NCBI GenBank assembly: GCA_947573445.1
Contig: CANPFR010000002.1
Location: 42,675 to 106,674, forward strand
Length of the DNA: 64,000 nt
Direction of reading: 5' to 3'
DNA from: an uncultured Clostridia bacterium
GTDB taxonomy: Bacteria > Bacillota > Clostridia > TANB77 > CAG-508
In this document: one piece after another, positions 33,806 to 44,846 of the stretch
How the letters are laid out: each line of letters starts with the position of its first letter
Numbering within the stretch: position 1 is the first letter of the stretch
The notes under the pieces: model-generated
What the model was told of the DNA's origin: nothing
Databases searched by the model: none
What the model saw: only the letters and a program-made list of their open reading frames with translations
Position numbers and translations under genes: made by a program

Positions 33806-34494
33806 CTTTTTTTCCTTTCTTGACTCATGCTTTCCAAAGCTTTCCTAGCTGCTTCCATCTCTGCTTTCTTTTTGCTTTTTCCAACACCTTGTGCCAATTT
33901 CTGGCCATCGCATTCTACATCAATGGTAAAAACTTTCTCATGATCTGGGCCTTCTTCTTTTACTAAAATATATTGAATACATACTTCCCCGTTTTTTTGC
34001 AATTCTTCCTGCAAAACTGTCTTATAATCCTTCAAACCAACATTTTTACTGGCAAATTCAATCTGATCTTTGATATTTTCCAAAATGAATCTTTCTACTG
34101 GATCCAATCCTCCATCTAAATACATAGCTGCAATCACGGCTTCTACACTATCTGCAATCAAGGCTTTTTTGATGGAATGTGACATTTTTTCACTCTTTCC
34201 CAAATACAAGAAATCACTAAAATTATGCTTTTCTGCAATTTTATACAAACTATCCTCACATACCGCATATGCTCTAACTTTAGTCATTTCTCCCTCAGAC
34301 AACTTTTTAAAATTTTCAAATAAATATTTGCTACTTACAAACTCCAAAATGCTATCTCCCAAATATTCCAAACGTTCATTACTTTCCACTCGATTTTCAT
34401 ATGCATATGATGTGTGAGTCAACGCTGTTTTCAATAAATTTTTATCGGAAAAAGTATATCCTATTTTCTTTTCTAATGTTTCCATTTCCTTCAC
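33802..34494 (-). CDS. rnc: ribonuclease III
   Basis: RNase III signature ERLEYLGDSILE plus a C-terminal dsRBD. 230 aa. Confidence 0.9.
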   Translation of the reverse strand: MKEMETLEKKIGYTFSDKNLLKTALTHTSYAYENRVESNERLEYLGDSILEFVSSKYLFENFKKLSEGEMTKVRAYAVCEDSLYKIAEKHNFSDFLYLGKSEKMSHSIKKALIADSVEAVIAAMYLDGGLDPVERFILENIKDQIEFASKNVGLKDYKTVLQEELQKNGEVCIQYILVKEEGPDHEKVFTIDVECDGQKLAQGVGKSKKKAEMEAARKALESMSQERKKR

Positions 34495-34609
34495 TCCTTA
34501 AAATAAATTATCTATATTGTATACGCTTTTTATTCAAAAAACAATATAAAAAACAAAAAAACTTACTTTTACAAGCAAGTTTTTTTCAAAATCTTTAACA
34601 TTCAAGTTT

Positions 34610-35413
34610 TTATTTCATATCTTGATTCAATTTTTCAATTTTAATGTAAAATACAATCGCTACTGCAACAACAACAAAGATTAATTTTAACACCGTATCA
34701 TTTACACCTGTATTAGGCATATTGGTTTCAGAATTTGTATTTGTCATTGTATTAACATAACTTGAAACGGCATTGTTAGTTGTTTCATTTGTATTAGCAA
34801 TATTGGTTACAGCATTTGTAGCTGTATTATTCGTTGTACCAGATGTTACAGCATTAATTGTAACCGTATTGTTGGTGATTGTTGTTACATTTGAAGTATT
34901 GTCTGTTCCATCTCCAGCAGATGCATTTCCTATACTGATGGAAGTAGAAATATCAGTAGCTGAAATATTGGTTTCACTATTGGATGCTACAATATCAGAA
35001 TACGAAATTGTTCCACTTTGTCCTGAAACTTCTTGTTTTGTTTTAAAAGTAATTTGAAATACTTCTTGTGTTGAAGTAACAAATGTATTTTTGGTCAATG
35101 AAATTTTTCCCGTTGTTTCATCAAACTTTGCTGCCCAACTATTTAAGCCTTCTATACTTGATTCACTAATGGTTTCAAACACATCAGTATCATACTTTAA
35201 ATAACCTTCTAAAGAATTAATTCCATTAGCTCCAACATCTAAATTAGAAACTTTTACTGTTATAGTAAATTCTGTTGCCTCTTTTACTGTTGTTGCACTT
35301 GGCGTCATTGTGGCAGTAAAACTTACTGCACTTGCTGACATTGTCAGACTAAACATCATTAATAAAATCATTACAATTATGGTCAATATTTTGTTTTTCA
35401 TATTTTCTTTCAC
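34610..35413 (-). CDS. cell-surface protein with sortase-like C-terminal sorting signal (MPNTG + hydrophobic + charged tail)
   Basis: Signal peptide, Thr/Asn-rich stalk, and C-terminal NMPNTGVNDTVLKLIFVVVAVAIVFYIKIEKL. Confidence 0.5.
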   Translation of the reverse strand: MKENMKNKILTIIVMILLMMFSLTMSASAVSFTATMTPSATTVKEATEFTITVKVSNLDVGANGINSLEGYLKYDTDVFETISESSIEGLNSWAAKFDETTGKISLTKNTFVTSTQEVFQITFKTKQEVSGQSGTISYSDIVASNSETNISATDISTSISIGNASAGDGTDNTSNVTTITNNTVTINAVTSGTTNNTATNAVTNIANTNETTNNAVSSYVNTMTNTNSETNMPNTGVNDTVLKLIFVVVAVAIVFYIKIEKLNQDMK

Positions 35414-35606
35414 TCCTCTTTTGATTTGATTGTAAATTTATCTATCATATATAGTATAACTTTTTTTCGAAAAAAAATCAAGCTTTTCTATATTACATTT
35501 TTATTACATTTTTGTTACGGAAATGTAATATACTTTTTTATGATTTTTACTTTATTTTTTCTTATTTTGATGTATAATAAAAGTATATTATACAAAGGAG
35601 CAATTT

Positions 35607-36743
35607 ATGAATACAAATTCTGTACTAAAAAAAGAAGGAATTGAAATTATTTCTAAGCTAAATGATACACAAATTAGCCAAATCGCCAATATTGTAGCCA
35701 CTAAAATATGTAATGCATTTCCAGAGCACAACTTAAATAAGAATGATGTATTTTCAAGTTTAACCAATTTGGATATGTATTTTGCAAAAATGCCAGAAGA
35801 CTCTGCTGCTGCTAAATATTTCCCTCATAACAATAGCATCTATTTTCGTCACGCCTTGGATTTTGAAAATTTGGATACTTTGGTCATCCATGAATGCATT
35901 CATGCCATTCAAGAAGTCAAAAATCCTCGTGGAAAACTACTTAAACTTGGTTTGTTTGATGTAACTACCAATAAAGGGCAAGGTATGAATGAAGCAGCTG
36001 TTCAACTAATGTCATCCATTGTAACAGGTACAGAACCTGATACTGTCAAATATTACAATATGGCTTTTGATACACCAAGTCCACTTTTTTACCCAATTGA
36101 AACTGCTTTAATGAACCAAATGATTTATTTTTTAGGTTCCTATCCACTTTTTCACAGCACACTTCACAGTAACAATATATTCAAAAATACATTAATTGCA
36201 AAAACCAGTGAAAAAGTTTACCATAAAATGGAAACTAATTTTGATTTGCTAATTTATTATGAAGGACTTCTAGCCCAATGTTTTCATAACTTATCGAATG
36301 ATTCCGAGGAAAAACAGAACTTAAAAAAAATAAAACGTACAAATGAAAAAATCGATTCCATCAAAGCCAAAATACTTGATTTAACCATATCAACTCAAAA
36401 TCTCATTTTTGAAAATTGCTTTAACACTGAATTTGATTTAATCAAAGATTCCTATTCATTAAACCATTTCCAACAACGTTTATACAACTTTAACAAATTA
36501 CTTATCACAACAGATTCCTATCATTTTTACAATGAATTTTACTACAACATGATGAACAAACTAGAAGAAAAACGTGAACTTATTAAAATGCATGGAACTC
36601 TAAGCTATCTAACTGATTTGCAAACTGACCTATTGGACTTAGAGAAAGAACACTTTGGTTTAAGATTTTTCCGTCGTTTGTTTAGTAAACTAAAATTGTT
36701 GTTTGAAAATGCAGTTCGTGATAAAAATAATAACATAGATTGA
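35607..36743 (+). CDS. hypothetical protein with HExxH zincin-like motif
   Basis: LVIHECIHAIQE motif. No other recognisable domain. Confidence 0.45.
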   Translation: MNTNSVLKKEGIEIISKLNDTQISQIANIVATKICNAFPEHNLNKNDVFSSLTNLDMYFAKMPEDSAAAKYFPHNNSIYFRHALDFENLDTLVIHECIHAIQEVKNPRGKLLKLGLFDVTTNKGQGMNEAAVQLMSSIVTGTEPDTVKYYNMAFDTPSPLFYPIETALMNQMIYFLGSYPLFHSTLHSNNIFKNTLIAKTSEKVYHKMETNFDLLIYYEGLLAQCFHNLSNDSEEKQNLKKIKRTNEKIDSIKAKILDLTISTQNLIFENCFNTEFDLIKDSYSLNHFQQRLYNFNKLLITTDSYHFYNEFYYNMMNKLEEKRELIKMHGTLSYLTDLQTDLLDLEKEHFGLRFFRRLFSKLKLLFENAVRDKNNNID

Positions 36744-36761
36744 TTTTTGTTTTACCAAAAT

Positions 36762-36800
36762 GAAAAAGAGCATCTTTTTTAGTATGCTCTTTTTCTCTTA
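36762..36800 (+). terminator. rho-independent terminator
   Basis: aaagagcatctttttagtatgctcttttt followed by a T-run. Confidence 0.5.
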
Positions 36801-36868
36801 ATTTAATGCCTTCTCTGCTTTTTTCAAAATTTTTCTCTATTTACCCCATTTTTTCTGTTTTTCTTGAT

Positions 36869-36968
36869 ACCTTATATTTTTATTCATTCTAAACGCCTTT
36901 TTAGGCGTTTTAAGGCATGTTTATGGAAAAATGAATGATTTTTCATTCTGAAATGCAAAAAAAACAAT
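36869..36968 (+). repeat. dispersed intergenic repeat family 1, copy C
   Basis: tttcttgataccttatatttttattcattctaaacgcctttttaggcgttttaaggcatgtttatggaaaaatgaatgatttttcattctgaaatgcaaaaaaaac. Confidence 0.55.
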
Positions 36969-37107
36969 TTTCTGAAATTTTATCTATTATGTTTTATATT
37001 ATTTTTTCTGTTTGTAAATCCATATTTGAAGTTGGTTCATCAAACACATAGAAATTTGTTTTATGTAATATAGCTCTTATAAAAACTAATCCACAATATA
37101 CTGGATT

Positions 37108-39060
37108 TTACAATTTATCTTTCAACAAGTTCTCTGTCAAAACCGACATCGAAACCCCTAACTCTTTTTGCATAAGCAGAACATTTTGCTCCAAATTATT
37201 TCTGGTTTCCTGTTCTAATAAGTCCATATTCACTTTTTCTCCATTTGTCAAATGATACCAGTTTTCTGCATCATAATAATACTCCTCTGTGATGATTTTT
37301 CCATTGTTAATGCATACATATGGTTTCGTTTGAAAAATACTTGTTCCCAAAGAAAACGTATCTTCTAACCCACAAATCTGCATCAAAGTTGGTTTGATAT
37401 CAACACGACTCACAGGGTCATCAATTGTGACATTTTCAATGCCAGGGATTCTCATACCACAGGCAACATTAGAAAATTCATATTGCATACGAATCGCATT
37501 ATAGTGTTCTTCATCTTCCCCTAAAAATTGAATCAAATCCTCATCATACATCGTCATTCCATAATGATCACCATAAGCCAAAATAACACTATCCTCATAC
37601 AAACCACGTTTTTTCATTTCATCCAAAAAAATACCAAATGCATAATCCGCATAATTCACAGACTCTAAATAATCTCCCAAAGCCGTTCCACGATAGGTTC
37701 CAACATCAATTGATACTTTGCTCTCCTTGTTCTGAATGCCTTCTAAATCAAATGGTTTATGGGAAGAAGCAGCTACAATATCCACCAAAAGTGGTTCCTC
37801 TGTTTCTGGTAACATATCAAAAATCTGTTTGTATAATAACTCATCTGACAAATACGTTCGGATCAATTCAGAAGTATCTGCAAAATCATTTAAAAAATAT
37901 ACATAATCAACATCATATTTGGAAAAAACATTTTTTCGATTCCAAAATGTATCATAATTTCCATGAGCATAGACATTCGTATAACCTGCTTTTTTGTAAT
38001 TTTTAAAAACATCGTCATAAATATTGGAATAGTATTTGCTAAAAGCCTCTCCATTTTCACTTGGGTAAATGGATGTAATAAAACTGTGTTCTGAATCCGC
38101 TGTTGTTGTATAACTAGAAGCATGCATATTGGTAATATTAATATTTTCTGCTAAAAATCGATTCAAATTAGGCGTAATTTCTTTATCGTTTATTGTTTTA
38201 CCAATCACAAATTGTTGGATGGATTCTAGCTGAATGATAAACACATTTTTTCCTTCTGCAATTCCTGTATATTTTTGGCTTTCCTCTGTTTTCTTTTGGG
38301 CATATAAATCTTGCTCATTTTTCAAATCTGCATAAACTTCTATCATTTCATCGTATGTATGATATGGTGCACTTTTGTTGTTTGTAACAGCATTTTTAAT
38401 ATCTACAAAATGATAACCATAAATTGTTCCATATCTTACTGAATTGTATTTACTATAAATGAAACCTGTTACCAATTCCAACGATTCTGGTATCAAATGG
38501 TAAGATGTACAAAAAACCAAAATACAGACCAAACATCCAGCCACTGGTGCCCATTTAAACTGTTCTATAACTTTGATGTGAATCCATTTTCCCAATAGCA
38601 AAACTGCTAATATCCCAATATCTACAAAATATAAAATATGTCTTCCTTCCAGCAAAGTTGGAATCGCTGCTAAAATTTCATCTTTATACTGCATATTTCC
38701 CACTTGCATTACAGATAAAATATTGGAAGCATAGCTATAATACAATTCATCTGCAAACAATAACAAACTAACCACCAAATTAATCATCATTCCCCATTCA
38801 AATCTTCTAACTGATTTTTTGAAAAGCAACAATGGAAATACAATAATTACAATAAAAAGACAAGTTTGGCGAATTGACCAAAACCATATGGTATCATTAT
38901 GAAATACAGTGTTTCGATAAAAAAATACTGTTTTCAACAAAAGCATAAATCCCACAAAAAGGATATACCATCTTGTGCTTAACAGATATTCCATTACTTG
39001 TTTGAACGAATTTTCTTTTTCTACTTCTTGTAAATACAACTCTTCTGTTTCCACTCTCAT
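37108..39060 (-). CDS. LTA synthase family protein (sulfatase domain, LtaS/MdoB-like)
   Basis: N-terminal 5-TM domain plus extracellular alkaline-phosphatase-superfamily sulfatase domain. 650 aa. Confidence 0.7.
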   Translation of the reverse strand: MRVETEELYLQEVEKENSFKQVMEYLLSTRWYILFVGFMLLLKTVFFYRNTVFHNDTIWFWSIRQTCLFIVIIVFPLLLFKKSVRRFEWGMMINLVVSLLLFADELYYSYASNILSVMQVGNMQYKDEILAAIPTLLEGRHILYFVDIGILAVLLLGKWIHIKVIEQFKWAPVAGCLVCILVFCTSYHLIPESLELVTGFIYSKYNSVRYGTIYGYHFVDIKNAVTNNKSAPYHTYDEMIEVYADLKNEQDLYAQKKTEESQKYTGIAEGKNVFIIQLESIQQFVIGKTINDKEITPNLNRFLAENINITNMHASSYTTTADSEHSFITSIYPSENGEAFSKYYSNIYDDVFKNYKKAGYTNVYAHGNYDTFWNRKNVFSKYDVDYVYFLNDFADTSELIRTYLSDELLYKQIFDMLPETEEPLLVDIVAASSHKPFDLEGIQNKESKVSIDVGTYRGTALGDYLESVNYADYAFGIFLDEMKKRGLYEDSVILAYGDHYGMTMYDEDLIQFLGEDEEHYNAIRMQYEFSNVACGMRIPGIENVTIDDPVSRVDIKPTLMQICGLEDTFSLGTSIFQTKPYVCINNGKIITEEYYYDAENWYHLTNGEKVNMDLLEQETRNNLEQNVLLMQKELGVSMSVLTENLLKDKL

Positions 39061-39124
39061 AATTCCCTCTTTCTCCTAATTTTATGACAATTTTAACATA
39101 ATTCCGACAATTTTTCAAGTCTAT

Positions 39125-39215
39125 TTTTTTCCACCAAAAACAGACGGTTTAAAAAAACACTATCTGCTCAAAAAAGACAAGTGAAATTTGCGACATTGCC
39201 CCAAGTAACAAATCT
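39125..39215 (+). repeat. dispersed intergenic repeat family 2, copy (core ..gtgaaatttgcgacattgcccc..)
   Basis: Related copies at 48296-48385 and 51655-51750 share the core gaaatttt-R-gacattgccc-N-aaatttctcac. Confidence 0.45.
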
Positions 39216-39325
39216 TTTATCTGAAATCGTTTTCTCTTCATAATTAATCCATGATTATCCATTAATGTTATGGCTCGATTTAGCCTTATTTTAAGTCTCT
39301 CCTTTCATTTTTTCACAATTCTTTC

Positions 39326-39440
39326 TATTTTTTGCATTTTCTTCATAGCATATGTTTTTATAGCTCTCTAACGCATTTGGATGCTTTTTAAGGCATGTTT
39401 ATATAAAAAAGAATGATTTTTCATTCGAAAACAAAAAAAC
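39326..39440 (+). repeat. dispersed intergenic repeat family 1, copy D
   Basis: catatgtttttatagctctctaacgcatttggatgctttttaaggcatgtttatataaaaaagaatgatttttcattcgaaaacaaaaaaac. Confidence 0.55.
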
Positions 39441-39502
39441 AACCCATGTAGAGACTAAATCTAGGTTCAAGCCCCTACTGTGATTGTTTTTCTTTTATTT
39501 TC

Positions 39503-40339
39503 TTATTTTCCTTTTCGAATTGTTCTAAGCAATTCAATTTCTTTGGCATAGCCCTCTAATTCATTTGGTGTTTCCAGATAAAATGGTAAATTCTTTAGGT
39601 TTGGATGTTTGATTATCTGCTCAAATGTTTCGAGCCCAAGAGTTCCTTCTCCAATTTTTTGATGTCTATCTTTATGACTTCCTATTGGATTCATGCTATC
39701 ATTGATATGAATCGCCTTTAAACGCTCTAGTCCAATGATATGGTCAAATTCTTGCAAAACGCCATCTAAATTGTTTGAAATCTCATATCCTGCATCAGAA
39801 ACATGGCAGGTATCTAAGCATACGCCTAACTTTTCTTGACATTTTACACCATCTATAATTTGCCTAATTTCTTCGAATTTACTGCCTACTTCACTTCCTT
39901 TTCCTGCCATTGTTTCCAATAAAACTGTAGTCGTTTGTTTGGAATCCAATACTTCATTTAAAGCCTGAATGATAAGCTCAATTCCAACTTCAATTCCTTG
40001 TCCTACATGGCTTCCTGGATGAAAATTGTATAAATTATTGGGTGTATACTCCATTCTATTTAAATCATCTTTCATCGTTCGAATTGCAAATTCGCGAATT
40101 TCTGGCTTGGCAGAACAACAATTTAACGTATAGGGTGCATGTGCTAAAATCACATCAATTCCATATTCCCCACTTAATTTTTTAAATTCTGCGATATCTT
40201 GCTCATTGATTGGTTTCGCATTGCCACCTCTTGGATTACGTGTAAAAAACTGAAACGTATTGGCTCCTATTTTATGTGCTTCTTCTGCCATATTTCGGTA
40301 ACCTTTGGCGTTTGACAAATGGCATCCTATTTTAAACAT
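39503..40339 (-). CDS. nfo: endonuclease IV (AP endonuclease, Nfo)
   Basis: TIM-barrel Nfo motifs (FHPGSH, metal-ligand His/Asp/Glu pattern), about 278 aa. The ATG at 40339 overlaps the last codons of the upstream KAP NTPase gene by 8 nt. Confidence 0.85.
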   Translation of the reverse strand: MFKIGCHLSNAKGYRNMAEEAHKIGANTFQFFTRNPRGGNAKPINEQDIAEFKKLSGEYGIDVILAHAPYTLNCCSAKPEIREFAIRTMKDDLNRMEYTPNNLYNFHPGSHVGQGIEVGIELIIQALNEVLDSKQTTTVLLETMAGKGSEVGSKFEEIRQIIDGVKCQEKLGVCLDTCHVSDAGYEISNNLDGVLQEFDHIIGLERLKAIHINDSMNPIGSHKDRHQKIGEGTLGLETFEQIIKHPNLKNLPFYLETPNELEGYAKEIELLRTIRKGK

Positions 40340-42347
40340 CAAAATTCACCTCATCTAATTCATCTTCCAAATAGGAAGTGCTTTCCTCTAATACTAAATT
40401 TTCTGCTTCATCACCATAAAGCTCAATAATCGTTTGCAAATCATTCGAAAATTCTTTTAGCATAACCATTTTGATACTGACTTCTCTTGCTTGATAATAA
40501 TTATCAATAATTTTCTTTAATTTCACAATAAATCCTAATTCTGGTTTCATAACTTCTTCATTTTTTCTGGCTCGATTTACCAACATTTCTTTGATTAAAA
40601 CAATATCTTCATTGCTGGCACACATAATTCGCTGAAACATTTTATAAGGATCATAATAATTCAAAATCGCTTTTTCCATGCACTCACTATCAAAATTATC
40701 ATAAAATGTCTCCATTTTCATTGGAATGCATTTGAAAATATCATCTGCCTTTTGCTCATACATTTTCTGCTCTAATTGCTTATTCAATTTATGAAAGTAC
40801 TGCACAATCTCATCCATGTCTTCCCCTACATCTATTCCAATACGTGTTAATTCCTCTTCGATATTATCACAATATTCGGATGTTTCTGAAGCCAAATCCA
40901 TACCTTCAATGAACATTTTCTTGATGGCTTGCCTATCATAATCAATCAAACCACGCCTACTAAAATAGCTGTAATACGCAAATAACTTGACAATTTCAAT
41001 CAATTTCAGTTTTCCCTCTTTAATATCCTCGATAACTTCCTCAATCACACCTGGAAATTGCTCATCTGAAATTTTCCAATATTCTTCTGTCAGTAATCGT
41101 TTATACCCAGGTAGTTTCTCTGTATCAATGGTTTTGATAATATTTTCCATATCATCTTTAAATAATCTCATATCAAAAATTCTGGTTCTTACATAAACTT
41201 CAATAAATTTGAAAAAACGGTAATCCGATTTGAAATTAAAGTAATAATTATTGTCAAATTCTTTGATATAATATTGCCTATTATCCATCAAAACCCTAGA
41301 AGAAACTAAAATTGCTTTATATTCTTCATTACTATTAATATTAATAAATTTGTCTTTGGTAATTTTTCCAGATTTGATTTCAAAAGAAACTGCTATCGTA
41401 AAAATTAGCATTGTCTGCAACACTCTTAAATTTGTATTCGGATATGATTTATTAACATTTTCAAAAACTTTTTTAAAATCATTTAAAGCATGTTTTAGAA
41501 TCCTCAAATTACGTGTTCCTGATTTCATAAAAGTGTTGGTAATTAAGTTTGTGTGCTGACGCAAAAAAGTAATCAAATCTTTATCATGCTCAAAACGCAT
41601 TAATAATCCATTGATAATATAGTTGAATTTAGGTGCATATTCGAAGGTTTCTCCAATTAACTTTTCTTTAATTCTTTCATAATCATTGGCTTTATCAAAA
41701 ACGTATTCAATTTTATCTGCGATTTTTTCAACCATTGGTTTATCCGTTTGCAATAAATTTCCTTCTCTGTCTAGCAAATATGTTGCAATAAAAGTTTTCA
41801 TTTCCAAGTTGGAACTTTTTAGCTTGGTTGAAAGCTCTTTTTCATTACAAATAATAATCGTTTTGATGTGATCATGCTCTACAAAATTATTGATATAACC
41901 TAAAATATCAATAACATCTACATTGGCTCTTTCTAAATCATCAAAACACAAAATTTTGTTATTCGTGGCAAAAAATTCACCATAATCAATTTTTTCACCA
42001 TTTTTGGTGACACCAAAAAAATTTGCCATATCCAAACCTGTTTTAGCATATTCTGGAATGGTAGTTTGTCCATGGGAATCCATATATTTTTTCAAATTTT
42101 TGTCCATCAACTGAGTGGTTTCAATAAAAATTTTTTTACTAATATCTTCCAAATTAGAAATTCCGTAAAGTGACATATAAATTGTTGAGTATTTTCGTCC
42201 ATTTAATTGTAATGATTCAATTTTATTACGTACTTTATTATTCCAAAAATGCGTTTTTCCACTTCCCCATTCGCCGTTTATCATGATAGCATAATCTGTA
42301 TAATCCGCTCTTACATAATCTAGTATACTTTCAATTAATTCTTCCAT
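40332..42347 (-). CDS. KAP-family P-loop NTPase
   Basis: N-terminal [11 protein letters not shown]alker A in the KAP configuration. 671 aa with a long alpha-helical C-terminus. AAAAGGAGA RBS. Confidence 0.7.
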   Translation of the reverse strand: MEELIESILDYVRADYTDYAIMINGEWGSGKTHFWNNKVRNKIESLQLNGRKYSTIYMSLYGISNLEDISKKIFIETTQLMDKNLKKYMDSHGQTTIPEYAKTGLDMANFFGVTKNGEKIDYGEFFATNNKILCFDDLERANVDVIDILGYINNFVEHDHIKTIIICNEKELSTKLKSSNLEMKTFIATYLLDREGNLLQTDKPMVEKIADKIEYVFDKANDYERIKEKLIGETFEYAPKFNYIINGLLMRFEHDKDLITFLRQHTNLITNTFMKSGTRNLRILKHALNDFKKVFENVNKSYPNTNLRVLQTMLIFTIAVSFEIKSGKITKDKFININSNEEYKAILVSSRVLMDNRQYYIKEFDNNYYFNFKSDYRFFKFIEVYVRTRIFDMRLFKDDMENIIKTIDTEKLPGYKRLLTEEYWKISDEQFPGVIEEVIEDIKEGKLKLIEIVKLFAYYSYFSRRGLIDYDRQAIKKMFIEGMDLASETSEYCDNIEEELTRIGIDVGEDMDEIVQYFHKLNKQLEQKMYEQKADDIFKCIPMKMETFYDNFDSECMEKAILNYYDPYKMFQRIMCASNEDIVLIKEMLVNRARKNEEVMKPELGFIVKLKKIIDNYYQAREVSIKMVMLKEFSNDLQTIIELYGDEAENLVLEESTSYLEDELDEVNFDV

Positions 42348-42611
42348 TGGTTCTCCTTTTATTTTTTATCTTGCTTATATTAGTTTTTCCATTTTTGTTT
42401 CTTTTATTTAAATTTTATTTTATCCTATAAATGATATTTTTTCAAGATAAAATGAAAAAAATATTGGCACTTAAACTACATTTGTTATATAATAAACAAA
42501 ATTTATTTTTCCTTTATGCTTTTATTCAAAAGCATATTTTCCAAAATTAAATCTATACATATGAATCCCTCATTTCCTAGGTTCAATTATTGAAGGGAGG
42601 TGATATATCGT

Positions 42612-42725
42612 ATGAAAAATAACATTCTAAAAAAACTTAGACATTTCTTACATAGTTTTATTACATTTTTGAAAACAACATTAGAAATCGTAAAACTTAT
42701 TCTAGACATTATGAATTCTAAGTAA
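42612..42725 (+). CDS. small cationic amphipathic peptide (37 aa), candidate toxin or leaderless-bacteriocin/PSM-like peptide
   Basis: Strong GGAGGTG RBS 9 nt upstream. MKNNILKKLRHFLHSFITFLKTTLEIVKLILDIMNSK. Immediately followed by a terminator hairpin. A degenerate second copy (MKNNILLKKLYFLIS) begins at 42773. Confidence 0.35.
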   Translation: MKNNILKKLRHFLHSFITFLKTTLEIVKLILDIMNSK

Positions 42726-42727
42726 AA

Positions 42728-42768
42728 TAAAAACTGTAGTGCCACCACACTACAGTTTTTTAATTTTT
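42728..42768 (+). terminator. rho-independent terminator after the small peptide ORF
   Basis: aactgtagtg ccacc acactacagtttttt. Confidence 0.55.
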
Positions 42769-42907
42769 CTATATGAAAAATAACATTCTTCTTAAGAAAC
42801 TATATTTTCTCATTTCTTAAGTTCTTCTGTTTATAATTATAGCTGTTTTTTCTTACTTTGTCAAGAATAAATTGATGTTTTTTATTTCTAATCGCACATT
42901 TTTGCAT

Positions 42908-42950
42908 TGAAAAGTCTGATTTCGAAATACACTTCAAAATCAGACTTTTT
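42908..42950. terminator. bidirectional terminator downstream of comFC
   Basis: aaaagtctgatttcgaaatacacttcaaaatcagacttttt. Confidence 0.5.
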
Positions 42951-43004
42951 CAAGTATTTTAGAGTTATACGCCTTTTTACATCTCTGGATGGATTTGTTG
43001 TTTC

Positions 43005-43646
43005 TCAATCCTTTGCTAACACCAAAACCAATATTTCTTTCGCACCTGCCTCTTTTAGAACACGACTACATTCTTCCGAAGTAGCCCCCGTTGTATAAAT
43101 ATCATCCAACAAAATAATCTTTTTATCTTCCACCTCATAATCATTTTTAATAAAAAATACATGTTGAATATTCGTCTGTCTTGCTTTACTACCTAGCTTA
43201 CTCTGTGTTGTCGTATTCACTACTTTTGACAAAATATCTTTTCTCATCGGAATTCCCAAACTTTTCTCTAATTCATTCGCCACCAATTCTGTCTGATTAT
43301 AGCCTCGCTTCTGCATTTTTTTCTTATGCATTGGCACAGGAATTATCATATCATATTCTTTCAAAATCTCACAATTCTTTTCATTTGCCACAATTCGATT
43401 TGCAAAAAAGTGATTCAAATACGCCTTATTCGAAAACTTATAACGTAAAATCAATTTACGCACCAAACTTTCATACTGAAAAAGATAGCATAATTTCTCA
43501 TATTTTCTATTTTCAATTTCTACCACACAAGATTTTTCCAATCGCTCTACTCTTTTTTGACATTTTGCACAAAGCCAATTTTGGTCAATTTTTCCACAAA
43601 CACTACAAGCTGGCGGAAATAAAAAATTGAGAACAAATTCAAACAT
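43005..43646 (-). CDS. comFC: ComF family protein (ComFC; zinc-ribbon + phosphoribosyltransferase domain)
   Basis: N-terminal CxxC...CxxC plus a PRTase motif ILLDDIYTTGATSEE. 213 aa. Confidence 0.75.
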   Translation of the reverse strand: MFEFVLNFLFPPACSVCGKIDQNWLCAKCQKRVERLEKSCVVEIENRKYEKLCYLFQYESLVRKLILRYKFSNKAYLNHFFANRIVANEKNCEILKEYDMIIPVPMHKKKMQKRGYNQTELVANELEKSLGIPMRKDILSKVVNTTTQSKLGSKARQTNIQHVFFIKNDYEVEDKKIILLDDIYTTGATSEECSRVLKEAGAKEILVLVLAKD

Positions 43647-43734
43647 CTCTAAACTGCCTCCTATCTAAAAATTTGCCCCCAAACACAAAAGAATTCAAGT
43701 CTAACACTTGAATTCCCCCCAAAAATTATTAAAA

Positions 43735-44085
43735 TTATGCTTTTTTTGCAATCTCTGCAATCTCTGCAAAAGCTTTTTCATCTGTTACAGCAATCTCTGC
43801 TAACATCTTTCTGTTAATGGTAACATTTGCCTTTTTCAATCCTGCAATTAATTTGCTATATGTTAAACCATTCATTCTTGCAGCAGCGTTGATACGTGTA
43901 ATCCATAACTTTCTAAAATTTGATTTCTTATCTTTTCTTCCTACATAAGCATACATTCCAGATTTCATAACAGCTTGTTTGGCCATTCTATATCTGTAAC
44001 GTTTTGCCCCAAAATAACCTTTTGCTTGTTTTAAAACTTTTTTATGTCTTGCTCTTGTTGTTCTTGCTGTTTTTACTCTTGCCAT
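43735..44085 (-). CDS. rplT: 50S ribosomal protein L20
   Basis: [26 protein letters not shown]... is the canonical L20. Confidence 0.9.
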   Translation of the reverse strand: MARVKTARTTRARHKKVLKQAKGYFGAKRYRYRMAKQAVMKSGMYAYVGRKDKKSNFRKLWITRINAAARMNGLTYSKLIAGLKKANVTINRKMLAEIAVTDEKAFAEIAEIAKKA

Positions 44086-44120
44086 TTTTATATCCTTCCT
44101 TTCCTTCTATTTTCAAAACC

Positions 44121-44324
44121 TTAGTTACCATAAGGTAATAATCTTTTAATTGTGTTTTCACAAGATTTATCTGCAATTCCATTTTGAACTCTAGCTGTTA
44201 ATTTGGTTCTTTTTGTTTTAGTTGCTAAACGATGTCTTCTATTGGCTTTTGTTCTTTTTATTTTGTTTTTTGCAGTAAATTTGTATCTTTTACTTGCTGC
44301 CTTATTTGTCTTTAATTTTGGCAT
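44121..44324 (-). CDS. rpmI: 50S ribosomal protein L35
   Basis: MPKLKTNKAASKRYKFTAKNKIKR... Confidence 0.9.
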   Translation of the reverse strand: MPKLKTNKAASKRYKFTAKNKIKRTKANRRHRLATKTKRTKLTARVQNGIADKSCENTIKRLLPYGN

Positions 44325-44341
44325 TTTCGACTACCCCCTTC

Positions 44342-44846
44342 TTATTTATTTTTTGTTAATATAACAAACATTGTTTTTCCTTCCAATAACGGTCTTTTTT
44401 CCACTGATGCAAGATCGGATAAATCTTCTACAAATTTATTTAGCACATTTTCCCCAATTTTCATATTATTCATTTCTCTACCTCTGAAACGCAATGAAAG
44501 TTTTACTTTATTACCAGCTTCTAGAAATTTTCGTGCATTTTTGCTTTTGAATTCAAAATCATGATCTCCAATATTGGTAGAAACTCTGATTTCTTTTAAT
44601 TCAATTGCTTTTTGATTTTTTCTTGCTTCCTTTTCTTTTTTAGCTTGTTCAAATTTATATTTGCCATAGTTCATCACTTTACAAACTGGTGGTTGAGCAT
44701 TTGGTGCCACTAGCACTAAGTCCATATCTTGTTCTTCTGCAAGCACTAAAGCTTTATCAAAAGGCATCACACCTTTTTTCTCTCCATCAGCTCCAATTAC
44801 TTGAACTTCTTTTGCTTTGATTTGTCTATTAATCGGCAATTCTTGT
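44342..44846 (-). CDS. infC: translation initiation factor IF-3, probable AUU start
   Basis: IF-3 N- and C-domains (…INRQIKAKEVQVIGADGEKKGVM…). The best-placed start is ATT at 44844-44846, 6 nt after a GGAGG RBS (IKQELPIN...), matching the conserved non-AUG infC start. The ORF track's TTG start is 21 nt from the RBS. Confidence 0.8.

Noticed and set aside
42773-42820. Second MKNNIL... mini-ORF as an independent gene
   Set aside because: Only 15 codons, no RBS, and embedded in an inverted repeat. More likely a degenerate duplicate of the upstream 37-aa peptide gene than a functional gene.
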